Shown piece after piece: positions 62,859-64,000 of a DNA stretch of 64,000 nucleotides. Origin of the DNA: Catajapyx aquilonaris (taxonomy: Eukaryota). The stretch is taken from the NCBI GenBank assembly GCA_000934665.2, contig KZ538627.1:62001-126000 (forward strand), written 5' to 3'. The notes below the pieces were generated by a model. That model searched no databases. It saw only the letters and a list, made by a program, of their open reading frames with translations, and was not told the DNA's origin. The translations under genes were made by a program, and so were the position numbers. Each line of letters begins with the position of its first letter. Positions within the stretch are counted from its first letter, which is position 1.

Positions 62859-64000
62859 CCCAACAACTGGCTGCCGGTCAACTGGCCGCCGGTCATTTGG
62901 CTGACAGGCATCACCTCCATCCCTATTCACCTCGGGACTTGTGGGTGGCCGCACCAGTACTGTCTGTCTTGTGGCTCCGCCAGGCACAGTACATCGCTGA
63001 TTTTAATCAATCGCAAGAGTTAGCGATATGGGCATCTTATTGTGGGCTGTGTGCTGCCAACAATGATGTCCTGATTGTGCGCCGTAGCCCAACGAACATT
63101 ACAGTGGGCTTCGGCGCTATTGTTAGTCTGATTCGAACTTGTAGTCTTCAGGTTGGCAACCCTGTTTATTAACCAAACCAGGTCCATTTCCCACATTGAT
63201 GTGTGCCGTCAGCAAAATCCGATTCAGCTCAAAACGCGTGTATTAATTCGCAACAAAAAAAATGTGCGATTGGCGAAATAACGTCGCAAAAAATGTCGCC
63301 AAATGACTCTGAGGGGGTGTGTGCGATCCGAAAATGAAATTGTCTTAATCCCATTCCGCCGTCCACAAAATGCCCTGATCGGAGTTCCCCGAGAATGACT
63401 CAAACGCGCCAATTACTATCCCCCCCGTCGAATTACCAAGCCTGGGCAATTTCCTGAATTTACGATTGGCTAATTTTGCATCGACGGCACGAAAGTTTCC
63501 GTTAGTTGGTTGGGTTGTAAGGTATGAAGTTGGTTGGAGGGGGTGTGAGTCCTACCCCTTCTGGTGACGAAAAAGACTGAACAAATTGTGCCTACTCCAA
63601 TCGATGGTATCCTGAAGGATCTAACTGGACAGACACAGGTAGTACCAAACACCTCGCATAGATGGCGAACCTTCCTGCCACTCTCAGGGTCGGGCGATGA
63701 GTAGTGCTACTATTAGCAGGATTGGTGCGGTCACCCAAAAGCCATACAGATGACACTACCAGTACGCCCCGGATAAACTGAAGCACAGTGTAGCCAACCT
63801 AGTGATCCAAGATGGCGAATTTTTGTGACTCATTACGTATAGATTCTGTTTCTAATTTATCCTTGGGGTAAATCCTGCTTCGGAGGTGCCTCCAGGATTT
63901 GGCCTAAATGCAAAGGAGTAGTGTTGAGTTCCTTAATCCCTTGTCTCCATCCCCCTTGCGTCTGTTTCCTTCAAAAGCTCAATTTCTCCAAGCACAATGG

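Noticed and set aside
62396..63023. ORFs with RQLAR / TTRPT pentapeptide repeats
   Set aside because: Produced by the 15-bp subterminal repeats of the Mutator-like element; not a pentapeptide-repeat protein.

Overview
Eukaryotic (arthropod-like) genomic DNA, not prokaryotic; I see no CRISPR, rRNA or operon structure. The only coding sequence I can support is the 3' half of one + strand Ig-superfamily neuronal adhesion gene of the DIP/lachesin (IgLON-like) family, most similar by recollection to Drosophila DIP-alpha. It has four phase-1 exons (3793-3921, 7400-7519, 19317-19487, 21091-21404) encoding the end of Ig2, all of Ig3, a linker and a GPI-type hydrophobic tail; its 5' exons lie upstream of the window. 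The rest is non-coding. It holds many short non-autonomous elements: Tc1/mariner-, PIF/Harbinger-, piggyBac- and Mutator-like MITEs, a tRNA-derived SINE with a 14-bp TSD, and Helitron-like ends. It also holds fold-back hairpins and about 30 low-complexity islands built from a few recurring motif families, alternating fairly regularly (roughly every 1.5-2.5 kb) with GC-balanced unique blocks. Most other ORFs in the track are repeat artefacts. I cannot claim a new protein-coding system. The most unusual signal is the periodic island architecture, followed by several apparently unclassified mobile elements. All family assignments come from reading by eye; no database search was run.
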